Source: Octopus vulgaris
Taxonomy: Eukaryota
Length of the DNA: 64,000 bases
NCBI GenBank assembly: GCA_951406725.2
Contig: OX597828.1
Coordinates: forward strand, 10,354,001-10,418,000
Reading direction: 5' to 3'
Positions 15,891 to 29,140 of the stretch are shown here, one piece after another. The notes beneath the pieces are model-generated. The model was not told the DNA's origin. It ran no database searches and worked only from the letters and a program-made list of their open reading frames with translations. Made by a program: the position numbers and the translations under genes. Position 1 is the first letter of the stretch, and every line of letters begins with the position of its first letter.

Positions 15891-16724
15891 CAGGGTCCAG
15901 TGAACATATTGTCGTGAATACTGAAAAATTACACTGACATCTCATTTTAACAGATATATTAACGAAAATTACATAAGTATCTTGAAATAATATAGAGTAA
16001 ACTTATTCAATGAAATCGCCGTTAGCTTCAAAGAACGGGCTCCAGACGACTTCGGAATCTCCAACAACTCTCCTGGACGGTTTCCTCGTTGAAGTTGGTG
16101 AACGCTGCCATAATCCTTGCCTTCAGTTAAACTTTGGTGTTACAAGTAGTTTTGTTGGTCTCTCGCTCAACTGCGCCCTATAAATAATAATCAAGAGATT
16201 TGTAGTCTGGAGAGTTAAGTGGCCAGAGGCGATGTAGTCGGAGAAATTGTCTGACAGCCATGACTGGGTTCTCCTGCTTGTGTGGCAGACACAGGATCTA
16301 CCAGCTGCCACCCTCTTGACACAGAGCAGTACTACGTCCTCTAGGCACTACTTGTAGACCTCTGTGTTGAGTCTGAGGACGTATGAGAAAATGGAGAAAT
16401 AACGTTGTCATCACTATGTGATCACTCCAAACACCATGATGTTGATTGCATGCTAGACTTTTATCACTCTCGGTGCATGTCATTGGATTAGCCGCCATAT
16501 TCTCTAAAAGTTTCGCACTAGAGCTTGCGGTGCGAATGTCAAACAATATAGCATGTCGTTTCCAAATTCCGGGCAGAGGGAATCGCATCATGGTGCTGTT
16601 TTACTCACAAAGGGTGCCCAACTGACCCTACTATTTTGTGTAGTCGACAAAATCAAAATCGAACAAGCGCATGGACGAAATTTCAAAATATAAAATGGCA
16701 ACAGTTTACCCATCACACATTTTA
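15891..16724 (-). mobile_element. Degenerate Tc1/mariner-superfamily DNA transposon (internally deleted transposase)
   Basis: Minus-strand fragments read ..CHTSRRTQSWLSDNFSDYI.., WPLNSPDYKSLDYYL*GAVERETNKT.., KARIMAAFTNFNEETVQES.. and EANGDFIE*, the WPxNSPDxNPLDY motif of the DDD/E C-terminus. N-terminal GIWKRHAILFDIR. TA-flanked end TACAGGGT at ~15890. Confidence 0.85.
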
Positions 16725-16732
16725 TACACACA

Positions 16733-16798
<66 letters not shown>

Positions 16799-17200
16799 GG
16801 CGCAGGAGTGGCTGTGTGGTAAGTAGCTTGCTTACCAGCCACGTGGTTCCGGGTTCAGTCCCACTGCATAGCATCTTGGCAAGTGTCTTCTTTATAGCCT
16901 CGGGCCGACCAAAGCCTTGTGAGTGGATTTGGTACACGGAAACTGAAAGAAGCCTGTCGTATACATGTATATATATATATGTGTGTATGTTTGTGTGTTT
17001 GTGTTTGTCCCCCTAGCATTGCTTAACAACCGATGCTGGTGTGCTTACGTCGCCGTAACTTAGCGGTTCGGCAAAAGTGAGCGATAGAATAAGTACTGGG
17101 TTTACAAAGAATAAGTCCCGGGGTCGATTTGTTCGACTGTAGGCGGTGCTCCAGCATGGCCGCAGTCAAATAACTGAAACAAGTAAAAGAGTAAAAGAGT
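16799..17200 (+). mobile_element. tRNA-derived SINE family A, full length
   Basis: Head ggcgcaggagTGGCTGTGTGGtaag...GGTTCAGTCCC, internal (TA)/(TG) tract, tail aactgaaacaagtaaaagagtaaaagag. At least 8 related copies in the window. Confidence 0.9.
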
Positions 17201-17252
17201 ATATATATATATATTTATAGATAGCTAGCTAGCTAGATAGATAGATAGATAT

Positions 17253-17323
<71 letters not shown>

Positions 17324-17619
17324 CATAGTCATACAGACATATAGATAATAGATATATAGACACGTACAAACATATATGTGTATGCATATCAAATTTAATA
17401 TACAAATAAATGGGTTACTATTAGTATCATTGTATTATGATTTTTGAACTGTCATATTTGTAGAATACACCATGTAGCTTAAAACAATATTCTAAGCTCT
17501 CTGTATACGTTACGTATGTATATGCGTGTTTGTGTAGAATATTTTTTTTAAGGTACATTGTGCATTCTACAATCATCCGCCATGCTGGACAACTGAACAC
17601 AACACGTTTTTTACACGTT

Positions 17620-17758
17620 CTCTATTTATTTCCTCTTATATATTTCTGTCGAAGGACGTAGGCTCGAAAAGTAGAACACGTTTCCACTTTCCTGAGCGTC
17701 AAACTTATACAGGTATTTGTTGTTGCTACAATTGTCTTCCGCTTCATTTTTCTATAAA

Positions 17759-17762
<4 letters not shown>
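17620..17762 (+). mobile_element. Degenerate copy of PLE-type family P2
   Basis: tttctgtcgaagg..ggctcgaaaagt...tttcctgagcgtcaaa aligns to 5042-5105 and ends in (TA)n. Confidence 0.55.
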
Positions 17763-17826
<64 letters not shown>

Positions 17827-17829
<3 letters not shown>

Positions 17830-18492
17830 AAATAGAAAAGAGTGAAAATACTACAGAAGGCTTGTTTTATAAGGTTAAAGAATATATTTAAGTCGTTATG
17901 TTAGAAGAATGTTATAAAATTTTGCATAAAGTAACGTAGTTTTTGGAGAAATTACCGGTTTCGTGTTAACTTTTCAAATTTCGCAAATGACTTTACATAC
18001 ATCGTGTCATGTCTTTGTTATGCAGTGCAAAGGAGAGTTCCAGGCAGGGGGAGGTAATAAGCGATGTCTTCCAGTATAAGGGAGATAATCGCTTTATATT
18101 TCTTTTCCCTTTTTAATGAGATGAGTTTCTCTGTTTAAGAATGTTAGGATGGTTAAGTTCAGGCTTAAAATGGAAAAGAAATATAAAGCGATTATCTCCC
18201 TTATACCGGAAGAAATCGCTTATCCCCCACCTCTGCCTGGAACTCCTCTTTGCACTGCATAACGAAGACATGACACGATGTATGTAAAGACATTCAAGAA
18301 ATTTGAAAAGTTAACACGAAACCGGTAATTTCTCCAAAAACTATGTTACTATATGCAAAATTTTATAACATTCTTATAACATAAGGACTAAAATATATTC
18401 TTTAACCTCATAAAACAAGCCTTCTGTAGATTTTTCACTCTTTTCTATTTTCTATATATTCAACCACGTTCTTTCACACACCGACTTTCTCA

Positions 18493-18495
<3 letters not shown>
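17827..18495 (+). mobile_element. Fold-back PLE-type element: ~290 bp inverted arms, 48-nt spacer, 3' tail
   Basis: 17827-18116 is the reverse complement of 18165-18453 with scattered mismatches, several of CpG-decay type. Variant hammerhead agaaat-TTGAAAA-gttaacac-GAAA-ccgg-TA-atttct at 18297-18333, mirror at 17948-17982. (TA)n/(GA)n flanks. Confidence 0.8.
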
Positions 18496-18527
<32 letters not shown>

Positions 18528-18641
18528 AAAAACAGTAGTGTACAAAGAAAGAAAATCTCGACGAATTCTGCAACCTCATTGTAAACGTCTCCAGCCACAC
18601 CTTGCACAAACAGAAATCATTTCAAACTTCAGTACCATCCG

Positions 18642-18827
18642 ATGGAAAGAACTAACTGCACTCCAAACAATGGTGAAATAACAATGAAAGAAGTGGTTAA
18701 AGGAAATGCAGCAGTGGTAATGAACACATTTTACTACAATAATCTAGTAGTATCTATACTGAATAATGACGAACACAACGAAAACATCGATGATTACACC
18801 GCCTCACCACCACCAAAACAAAAATAA
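18642..18827 (+). pseudogene. Penelope-like reverse transcriptase N-terminal fragment, degenerate
   Basis: EITMKEVVKGNAAVVMNTFYYNNLVVSILNN resembles the PLE RT motif I.IK.ADKG.AVVIM....Y......IL. It lies between pLTR-like remnants. Confidence 0.65.
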
Positions 18828-19206
18828 TGAAAACCTCTTTTCAATAATAAATTTCCTCGAAAAAAAACTAACATATATGGAGCGATGTACATCAACAAAA
18901 AGATACAGTGAAATCTGGGCAAGTAGAGTTAGTAGATCCAGTGATAATCTGCGTGGATTTCTGGTATATGGATGAGGAGAGGTGGTTCCGCTTTGCAAGT
19001 TTATCGAAGAGGAATTTCAGTCAGGATCAAATGGGGTTAACCATGTGTGCCTATGATATATAATAGAAATTCGCCATGTTGGACCGCTGAAATCTACCTG
19101 CTTAACATAGAAAACGGTTCCATTTTTCACGAGCGTCAAACTAATAAACTTGCTCGTTCATACACGTCTTCATCATTTGTTTTTCTATAAATATCAAATA
19201 TATACG

Positions 19207-19241
<35 letters not shown>

Positions 19242-19528
19242 AATTTTTACAAATTTCACTACCAGTGGCCTAGCATGTATAAAATCAATAGACGACATAT
19301 TCAATATAAAATAACGTAAAAAAAAAGGCAAAAACAAAAAAAAAGTTTAAAGTTTTTACTTTTTCATTCCTTTTAAAATTGCTTAAATTTGGTGGTTTTC
19401 GGTCGTTTTTACTGTCTCCTAGCGTGTAGAAATTGCCTGTTATTGGTAATTTCTGTTTGTGTTTAAATGTACATACACACACACACGCACACACACACGC
19501 ACGCACACAAACACACGCACTCCCATAC

Positions 19529-19604
<76 letters not shown>

Positions 19605-20452
19605 GTGTGTGTGTTTGTGTATATATATATATAGCCATTGGTAACTTAGAAAGTTCATAACAATTATCAAATTCAAATAATTACGATTTTCCCTAACACT
19701 AACACCTATAAACATGAAAATTAATCGCAGTAATTGTTTGCAATATATTGTGCATAAAACACAAAATACCTACAATTTACAATAGCAAGATTAGACCTGC
19801 ATTCATATTAAAATGCTACATTTTAAAATTCCTCAAATGTTTTATAAATATTGATATAAATGTGTCAGTACTAAAGAATGGGACGTTCTTATTTATAGCC
19901 ATATTTTCTACGTATATTTAATTATATGCGAATAGGTTTAAAAGTTTGTATTTGAATATGATTTCCAAATTTATTTTAGAGTATAAAGCTCTTAAAATAT
20001 ATCTTAATAGATTTTTTTTTCCTGAAGATATTATAAAGTACAATTTTTGGTGCTTATATTCAAAATATTTACACATTAAGCGATTAGATATTATGCCAGC
20101 ACAACCTTTCGCTATTTATTCCAAAGAATGACAACGGAAATGTTGCACAAATTTTCAATAATATAGTTACATAAACTTTTATTGAAATTATTATTAGTTC
20201 AGTGTTGAAAACTGTTTTGCGAAGATAATGTTCCACTATATTTCGCTTCTTTTATCTGAAAGGAGTTCCAAGCTGAGCTTTAGAATATACAGTCAATGGA
20301 TGTCTTTACATTTTAAATGTGTCCGACATAATGTTGTCTCATACTGCGAATAGTCTGATGTGATGCTGAGTGCTGAGGAATCAATCTGATCACAAAGACA
20401 TCAACATTAGTCAGTTAGTCTCTCTTCACATATATATTTATATATATATATG

Positions 20453-20556
<104 letters not shown>

Positions 20557-20569
20557 TACATATATACAT

Positions 20570-20610
<41 letters not shown>

Positions 20611-20757
20611 CATATATACATGGATGTTTATGTTTATGTACATAAATGCACCTTTAGCCACCAAATAATTTACATACGTATGTATAAATATACACAGAAA
20701 AATATATACAGTTATGGATATGTATTTGTATATGCGCATATATGTGCGTTTCTGCAC

Positions 20758-20981
<224 letters not shown>

Positions 20982-20982
20982 T

Positions 20983-21179
20983 GGCGCAGGAGTGGCTGTG
21001 TGGTGAGTGGCTATAGGCTCAGGAGTGGCTGCGGCGTATTTAGCTTCTATGCCAACCACATGGATTCGGGTTCAGTCCCAATGCGTGGCACCTTAGCTAA
21101 ATGTCATCTACTACAGCCTCGAACTGTCCAAAGCCTTATGGTTTAATCTGGTAGGCAGAAACTAAATAGATCATGTCGA

Positions 21180-21258
<79 letters not shown>

Positions 21259-21468
21259 ACAGAGAGAGAGAGAGAGAGAGATTTTATGTGTTTGTGTTTC
21301 TCCCCATCACTTGACAATCGATGTTGGTGTGTTTACATCGGCAAAAATGACCGATATAATAAGTAATAGGCATACAAAGTCTAAATCTTGGGGTTGATTA
21401 TTTCGACGAAAAGTGGTGCACCAGCATGACCACAGTCAAATGACTGAAATAAATAAAAAAGAATAAAT
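20983..21468 (+). mobile_element. SINE family A, diverged, with duplicated 5' head
   Basis: ggcgcaggagtggctg is followed ~33 nt later by ggctcaggagtggctg. Expanded internal (TA)(TG)(GA) tract; typical tail. Confidence 0.8.
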
Positions 21469-22019
21469 ATACATACATATATAAGAATGTGTATAAAATA
21501 GTATGCACGCGAGCGCGTATGGTGCGTTTTTACCAGGTTTAGACAACAATTTACTTCGGATTTTCACTGATGATCTTTAGCAACTTGCATCTCCATGTTA
21601 TCTCATTAATTCGATACAACTTTTCCAAACACTTTAAACATAAATTGTTTATCTTTTTTTTTATTTAACAGCTGTAATAATACATGGCAAAACTATCGTC
21701 ATTAGAGCCATTTTATGAGGAAAGGAATGAGTAGAAGAGAAGTAAAAGAAAATAAAGCTCTGCAAGAACCTGGAACTCTCAATGAACGTGTGCCACAAAT
21801 CTGTTTCAGACATGTCATGAAGGTGACACCGGTTTCGAAGACAAACAAATATTATGAAGACCTCCTGCTGTGGAAGCTGTGACTTAGCTTAAAAAGCCAT
21901 GTGCAAGCTTACATCCACTGGTGACAGACCTTTGCCTCTTATAAACACTAGCAATCGATACCTCCATCAGCTAGACTTTGTGAACAGATACTGTCAATGA
22001 GTTGTTTCTGAAGTAAATA

Positions 22020-22220
22020 TTATTTTCTACTCTAGGCACAAAGCCCCGAAAATTTGGGGTAGGGGGCCAGTAGATTAGGTCGACCCCACTATGCAACTGG
22101 TACTTAATTTATCGACCACGGAAGTATGAAAGGCAAAGTCGACCTCGGCGTAATTTGAGCACAGAACATAAAGACAGACGGATGTCCGGCGTGCAAACGC
22201 TTCTGCCAGCTCGCTGCCTT
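22020..22220 (-). mobile_element. SINE family D
   Basis: Minus strand reads aaggcagcgagctggcagaagcgtttgcacgccgg...gtcgactttgcctttcat...ataaattaagtaccagttg...tgtgcctagagtagaaaa. Flanking tgaagtaaa repeat is a likely TSD. Confidence 0.8.
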
Positions 22221-22499
22221 TCATGAAGTAAAGAATGACCAGGCTCAACGACACGTGAACATTTTAAAATAACTGTTGTCAAATACTACATTTGATCGTC
22301 TTTGTCGAATTATAGCTGGGCATGAAAAATGTATTTATTTTCGGAATTCTAAGGAGAATCAGTGGTTACGTTCTGGCCAGGTTTTAGAACCTGTTGTCAA
22401 CTAAATAGGATTACAATAGAGTTTGATGTGTTTGGTTCGAACAGTGTTATGCTTGTTTTGTTTTTTGAAATTTAGAGTTGCTGCATTTTGAGCTTGTCT

Positions 22500-22800
22500 T
22501 CCATGGTCATACTGTGATCACTAACCTTAATACACAAACACTGGGGCGAGCATATGATGTTTTGAAGTCAACTAAAGACTGGCACTCATACAATATGGCA
22601 ATGCTCCATCACACACTGCCAATATGACCAAGCGCAGACTTTAGGAACTTGAAAGTCTGGAAATATTGACTATCCATGCCTACACTCCAGACCATACACA
22701 AGAGTACCACTATTTCCGAGTCATGGACCATTTTCTGTACCGAACGGAGGTTCAACAATGTGGCTGACATTTTGCCTGTAAAGCAAATGGTACAAGCGTT
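22500..22800 (+). pseudogene. Mariner (DD34D-type) transposase relic
   Basis: YGNAPSHTANMTKRRL*ELESLEILTIHAYTPDHT..EYHYFRVMDHF..RRFNNVADI aligns with the mariner pattern HDNARPH......L..L.WEVLPHPPYSPDLAPSDYHLFRSM.HFL.GRRF. Confidence 0.7.
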
Positions 22801-23026
22801 TATAGATATATGGGCAACGGGCAATAAAATACGATGTGATATAAATGATTTTCGTATGTAATTATATAGAACTGCTAATCAGTTCAGGTATAATGTCTTG
22901 TATTGTTATTGAAAGAATGCAGTGTTCAGAGGGAGATCGACTTATTGTTGAGGAGTAGATTAGAGGTTTTAGGGAATAATGCCAGAAATGTAAGAAATTA
23001 AGGGAAAAGTGGAAGTTTTAGAACTT

Positions 23027-23258
23027 CGTATATATGTGTGTGTGTGTGTGTGTCTGTGTGTCTGTGCTTGTCCTGCCAACAGCGCTTGACAACCGATGCT
23101 GGTGTGTTTACGTCCCCGTAACTTAGTGGTTCGACATATGAGACCGATAGAATAAGTACAAGGCTTACACAGAATAAGTCCTAGGGTCGATTATCTCGAC
23201 TACATGCGGTGTGACAGCATGGCCACAGTCAAATGACTGAAACAAGTAAAGGAGTAAA
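23027..23258 (+). mobile_element. SINE family A, 3' half
   Basis: gcttgacaaccgatgctggtgtgtttacgtccccgtaacttag...aaatgactgaaacaagtaaa. Confidence 0.85.
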
Positions 23259-23754
23259 AAAGCAATGGGTATACCACTCGTAAAATATATTTCTGAAATA
23301 CAGAATGGTAACTGAGTTGTATTTTATCAGTTATACGGTTCCTTAATATTGAAGAGGAACATGCTGCTTTGTAAGTAACCAATCACTTTCTGTTCCTATT
23401 TATGTGAGCCGTATGATCACAAGAAAGAATATATAGTCTATCTCCTTCAGTGCCTGATTCGTACTTAATTTATCAGTTCGGGATTTCTACATAATAACTT
23501 GAGATGATAATAATAGAAGGCTAATTACATTAGTGTCACAGATATTGTCACGATAAAGGACAAGATAGCCATAGCTGGAATTCCGTATTTAGGTCGACTC
23601 GATCAGGTTTGATCAGAAGGAGCAAATTGCAACACCAGATAGGTACGTGAAGTCGAAGCCAGTTTTATTTGAATATTGAACGTAATATTAAGGATGTTTT
23701 TTTCTTCACCACCCTAAATATTTTGTCCATCTAACACGCTCACACGTGATATTG

Positions 23755-23920
23755 GCTTGAAATTATGGCACAAGGCCAGCAATAACAGGAGAGAATATAA
23801 GTCGAACTTATTTTATCGACCCTAAAGGCAAAATCGATCTCGGCAGAATTTAAATTTGAAAGTAAAGACGGACGAAATTCTGGTATCTTCCCGGCGTGCT
23901 AAAGATTCTGCCAGCTCGCT
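23755..23920 (-). mobile_element. SINE family D, degenerate
   Basis: ggcacaaggccagc...ttttatcgaccc..aaaggcaaaatcgatctcggcagaattt...ttctgccagctcgc. Confidence 0.65.
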
Positions 23921-24624
23921 ATATAAAGCGCTCATGTAATATTAAATTCATTTCGTGGCTCACATGCTCAGCTGAAATACACAGGTCAATGGTATTTTTT
24001 CCGATATGTGTTCTAAGAATCACTGGAGCTTCTTCAAAGCTGACTATGTTTGCTGTCTTTAAATCGTAAGATAATAGACAGCATATATTGTTATTGTGTA
24101 ATAATGGCGGTCTTTCTTCTCACAAACATAGTTCCTCGAACGTAAGGACATTTCAAACTCAACACCACACATCTAGTTTGCATGATTGGATAGTTAAGAT
24201 GTTCTCTTCAATAGCATGATTCAGTTTTGATCCAACAACAAAATTTGCGGAGGTGTTTCACTGTAGTTTCGGGTTATTCGAAACCTTACGAATATAATAG
24301 GTAGACAGAAACTGAGTGGGGGCCTGTCTGAAATTTTGTGTCCCCAATTCAAAAGCTTCGGTCTTGTCACTCGTTTAATCACAACTATTTTGCTTCAAGA
24401 CTGCATTAAAAATATATTTCTCATTAGAATTATCAGTCACTTACAGGCTTTTATTTACTTTAATTCATAAAACAATGCAATGATATCTATTGCCTTCCAT
24501 ATTTAAAAGATTCAGATTGAGTGGGATTGCGAAGTCTTCTCTTATTGACTGGAATGTCGGTACATACTTAACGTTGTGTCTTCTTGTAGAATACGTATAG
24601 TTTATATGAAAGCTTAGAATATAT

Positions 24625-24733
24625 ATTTCTTTACTACTCACAAGGGGCTAAACATAGAGGGGGCAAATAAGGACAGACAAATACGTCTACGCATTTCGGC
24701 CGGCGTGCTAACGTTTCTGCCAGCTCGCCGCCT
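24625..24733 (-). mobile_element. Internally deleted SINE family D copy with 17-bp TSD
   Basis: Head (aaggcggcgagctggcagaaacgttagcacgccgg) is joined directly to the alternative tail also seen at 12620-12680. TSD tgaaagc(tt/ac)agaatata at 24607-24623 and 24734-24750. Confidence 0.75.
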
Positions 24734-26762
24734 TGAAAGCACAGAATATAGCAATTTAACTAGTCAACATAGGAATTTGAGTAAATGCTCTCAAGAATGT
24801 TGTAAGCTGAACGAATAAAAGAAAGGAAGGAAGCAACGAAAGTAAAAAAATAATCTCTGAACAGGCAATTTAGTTGATTGGTTCACTGAACACACATCGT
24901 CGATAACGACAGAGATCCTTTTAGGCTGTTGCATAAAAGAATACATTGTTTGTCTGCTTTAAAGCTAGTGTAATTATTAACAGATTTAGATGGAGTGGAA
25001 CATTTACAAATTCTATTCTTGGCTAGAAACAAATATAGACAGTGGTGGTTAGACAGGAAATACAGACGTCTCCAGCAGTAGGTCATCTTCATACAAGTTT
25101 GATCAGCTTCAATACTAAGATAGGTATATATCCCTCAAAGAAAAACATTGCACTACGTTTACGTCTATTAGCATTGTCAATAAAAGAGTCATATTCGCCA
25201 TCTTTATATACATATCTAGTAGACTAAGAACCTTAAATATTATTCTATCATATTCTCTAGCATACATTTACTGAATTTCCATAACTGTACATGTAATTCT
25301 TGTGTTCACTATTCTCTTCGTGTTTATATATAGTTTTCAATAACCTCTTTTGCAACTATTTGTATCGGCTGCTATATCAATATCCAGTCGAATAGATGTA
25401 ATTTTGATATCTTTATTTTATTGATATTACCTTCGACATTGTTGTTCCTTATATCATTTTTTTTTCTCTCTCAAAAACATCGAAACAGCTGTTTGTGTTA
25501 TGGGTTTTCATTTATTCCTTCCACTTAGTTTGTTTCATTATATATATACATACATATATATATATACGTATATATATATGTATATATGTGTGTATATATA
25601 TATGTGCATATATATGTTTAAATTATATAAATATATATACACATATCTATTTACCTACACACACATATATATATGCATGTCTGTGTGTGTGTTTATATAT
25701 AAATGCATATAAATATGTATATATGTGTGTGTGTGACTGTGCGTGTTGATGCGTCTGAGTGCGCGCACGTAGAGATATGTATATATGCATATATACGTGA
25801 ATATATATGCATATATATGCATATGCTTATGCGTATGTGTGTATATATATGCCTAAACACATACATGTGCTGTCCTCTCCATCTAATCCTCCAATTTCAT
25901 TCATATTTGTTTTCTCCAATATCCTTTCATGGTTCCTCTCTGTCTTCTCTCCCTGTCTGTTTTACGTGAATTTGAAAATATTTATTATATTCATACTGTC
26001 AATATATTATATCATATTCATGATATCAGTGAGTCTTCGTAGACACACCGGCATCCAGCGGTCATACGTCTCCCGTATATCTCCAAATAGAATAAGCAAG
26101 AGCGACAAACAACTGAGAATTAACAAACAATGACAGATGCTTCTGAAAGAGTCAAGTGGAATAATATATATTATAAAGAAGATGAAAAACAAACTAACGA
26201 TAAAATACTATACCGACCAGTAAAGGTAGATCTAAAATGGTTATTATAGATCCGAAAATAAGCTGAATAGGAGGTAAATAAAATAGTCAACATAGGAATT
26301 TGAGTAATCGAGGCAAAGAATGCGTAAGAAAAATATGGTGCAAAAATCAAAGCTAAAACATGAAAAATAGGATAAAAGTAAAAAAGAAAATGAAATAGAG
26401 AAAATAAATAAATGACGAATGAAGCTTGAAATCATTCTGTAAAATGTTAAATGTAAGTAGGCGTAAATAAAGGACATAACCGATCAATTATTTAGATAAT
26501 ATTATACAGGACAGTGGAAAAGGAGGTAGTCTGAAAAAATGTGGAAGGAAGATATAGCTTTCTAGTAAGAAATGGAGTCATGGAGTATGCGTGAGAAAAC
26601 TTAATTAAACAAAGAAATTGAAATGAAATACAAATACCAGATTGAATAAAAACACAAACAAAAGCTCCAATGGAATTATGAAAAATAACAATATAAAAGA
26701 AATAGTACAGGATCTTTAACATGAGACCACGTAAAAATTTACATAAGAGAATATCTCAACGT

Positions 26763-26811
<49 letters not shown>

Positions 26812-26820
26812 ACGTATATG

Positions 26821-26858
<38 letters not shown>

Positions 26859-26964
26859 CATACATATATTTATATATATATATGTATGTGTGTGTGTACA
26901 CACGTATGTATATGTATATATATGTGTGTGTGTTTGTGTGTATGTATAAGTATATATGTATATG

Positions 26965-27171
26965 TGTCTGCGTTTGTGCCCCTGCCAGCGCTTGACAACC
27001 AATTGCTGATGTGTTTATATGTCAGTAAATAAGCAGTTCGGCAAACAGGACCGATAGAATAAATACTGAGCTTGCAAGAACATGTTCTAGGATTTCTTCG
27101 ATTAAAACCCTTTGAAGAGGTGCTTTAGCATTTCGGGAATCAAGTGTCTGAAACAATGAAAAGAATAAATA

Positions 27172-27217
<46 letters not shown>

Positions 27218-27550
27218 GCGCATCTATGTAAATATTGTTAGATGAATGTAGCTATCTCGTGAGAGGTTTCCTTCCCAATCTCACGATTCTGCGTTCAGTC
27301 CGACTGCGTGGAACCTTCACTGCGTCTTCTGCTATAACATAAGGCTGACCGAAAACTTGTAAGTGAATTCGGTAGAAAAAATGCGCCGTATATATGTGTG
27401 TGTTTGTTTGTGTGAGGGTGTGTGTACGCCTGTCTATATGTCTGACTGTGTGTGTGCTCGTGTGTGTGTTTGCACGCACCATCACGTTATTGCATCCACA
27501 TAACATAACGATTCAGCAAAACGCACCAACATGATATGTACGAGGCTTTG
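26965..27550 (+). mobile_element. Two degenerate SINE family A copies (about 26965-27170 and 27254-27550)
   Basis: Recognisable blocks gcttgacaacc...ttcggcaaa...ccgatagaataa and gttcagtcc.actgcgtgg.acctt. Confidence 0.6.
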
Positions 27551-28562
27551 AAATAGTTTTAAAATTTGAATAAAACATCGTTGTTTTGTCGATTAAATCA
27601 TAAAAAAACCATGACCGAAATTGGCAACGTTCTAACGAGTGAAAGAACTAAAAGATAAAGCACGCGGATAGAAGCCGCTTGGTAAAGATTGACTTTCATA
27701 ACGGTTGTGTATGCGCACAAAGTTTTAACATTCAAGATCACTTCCGCTGTTAACAGCAGTGCTTGGAAAGAACGTGTATAGCGTGAGATCGTTGCATTGA
27801 CAATGACAGAGAAACTTGTCATGGCGACTCATCTAAGAAATCTACACAATGTTGTAGAAAGTGTATGGAGAGGAGTGTATGAGCCGCACACGAGTGTACG
27901 ATTGGTTCTGATTTTTTCGAGATGGCCGAGATACGTCAGTTTTTTCGAATGGCTGTTCTTCATTTCTTTCATTTATATTTATATTAATTTATTTACTTTT
28001 GGCATATATCCCACTTCTATCTCCTTATATATCCGTGTTGTCCTTTGTCAATGGAATGCTAAAAATAGGATAGTGTTGTGTATATAGAATAGAGAGAAAC
28101 TAAAGATTTAGTAGTGCTTTGAACGCTACTCACCTGAAGACGTGCATGTATACAAATATTGTTCGATCATATTTATAATACAATAATGTATATAATGCAT
28201 GTAACTTTACAAGAGAGGCAGTCTATGCTTGCTCAGGTCTACATTGGCCCCATAAATAATTACCAAACGTGTGGAACGAGCTACCAGGTCACACTGTCTT
28301 CAGACTGGTTGCTAAACATATTTCTTAGTTATTTATGAATGGCGTTCTATTCATATATGAATGTATTATTATTTGGCCTTACAACTTAATTTCCTGAAAC
28401 TGTCGTTTACGCATGAATACATCAATATACATAGAAGTATGCAAAATTCATGGAATACAGGCATTAGTGTTCGCATATCTTTGGCATGTGCAGGAATATG
28501 CAATATTAAATAAATATGAATTCTCCCGAAAAAGAATTTCAAATGCATATATATATATATAT

Positions 28563-28742
28563 ACTTTTTTTTCCTCTGTCTTCCCTTCTCTGGATCTTTC
28601 CTCCTCCTATGTTTCCGACAAAGAGCTCGGCTCGAAACGTTAAACCGTCCTTCTTTCCTTCTTTCCTGAGCGTCCAATAATACTATATTTGTTCCACGTC
28701 CTCACGTTGTTGTGTTTTCTCTTTGTGCTTTCTTGTTTGGAT

Positions 28743-28747
<5 letters not shown>
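28563..28747 (+). mobile_element. PLE-type family P2 copy, hammerhead with G8A substitution
   Basis: Close copy of 4998-5177. Motif gttt-CCGACAA-a-gagc-tcg-gctc-GAAA-cg-TT-aaac at 28611-28645. (TA)n on both sides. Confidence 0.8.
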
Positions 28748-28817
<70 letters not shown>

Positions 28818-28818
<1 letters not shown>

Positions 28819-29140
28819 AAATATTAGGGAATAAATCCAAATTTACAGGAAAAAAATCAGATTTAGGATTAAATCCAATTTTATAGTAAAATATTATATA
28901 ATATTAATTAGAGACAAAACCACTATTTTGCAAAACAAACAAGGAAAGACTTAATCAATACATAAAATTTATGAAGTCATAAATTGAAACTGATTTGAAA
29001 ATCGGAAATCCACCTCAAGATTGTCATTGAAGACATGAAACAATTGTAGTGGCGGTTTTTTACTTTTTATTAAAATTTTATGTATTGATTAAGTCTTTCC
29101 TTGTTTGTTTTGCAAAATAGTGGTTTTGTCTCTAATTTTT
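28818..29140 (+). mobile_element. Fold-back PLE-type element with central hammerhead
   Basis: 65-bp perfect inverted repeat (28906-28970 and 29073-29137) encloses the motif at 29010-29052. Abuts (TA)n at 28747-28804. Confidence 0.8.
29010..29052 (+). ncRNA. Minimal hammerhead motif, G5C variant (probably inactive)
   Basis: ccac-CTCAAGA-t-tgtc-attgaa-gaca-t-GAAA-caattg-TA-gtgg. Palindromic stem III ACAATTGT. Confidence 0.7.

Noticed and set aside
18150-18172. Minus-strand FKPELN resembling a GIY-YIG C-terminus
   Set aside because: Opposite to the hammerhead/tail orientation of that arm and only six residues; may be chance.
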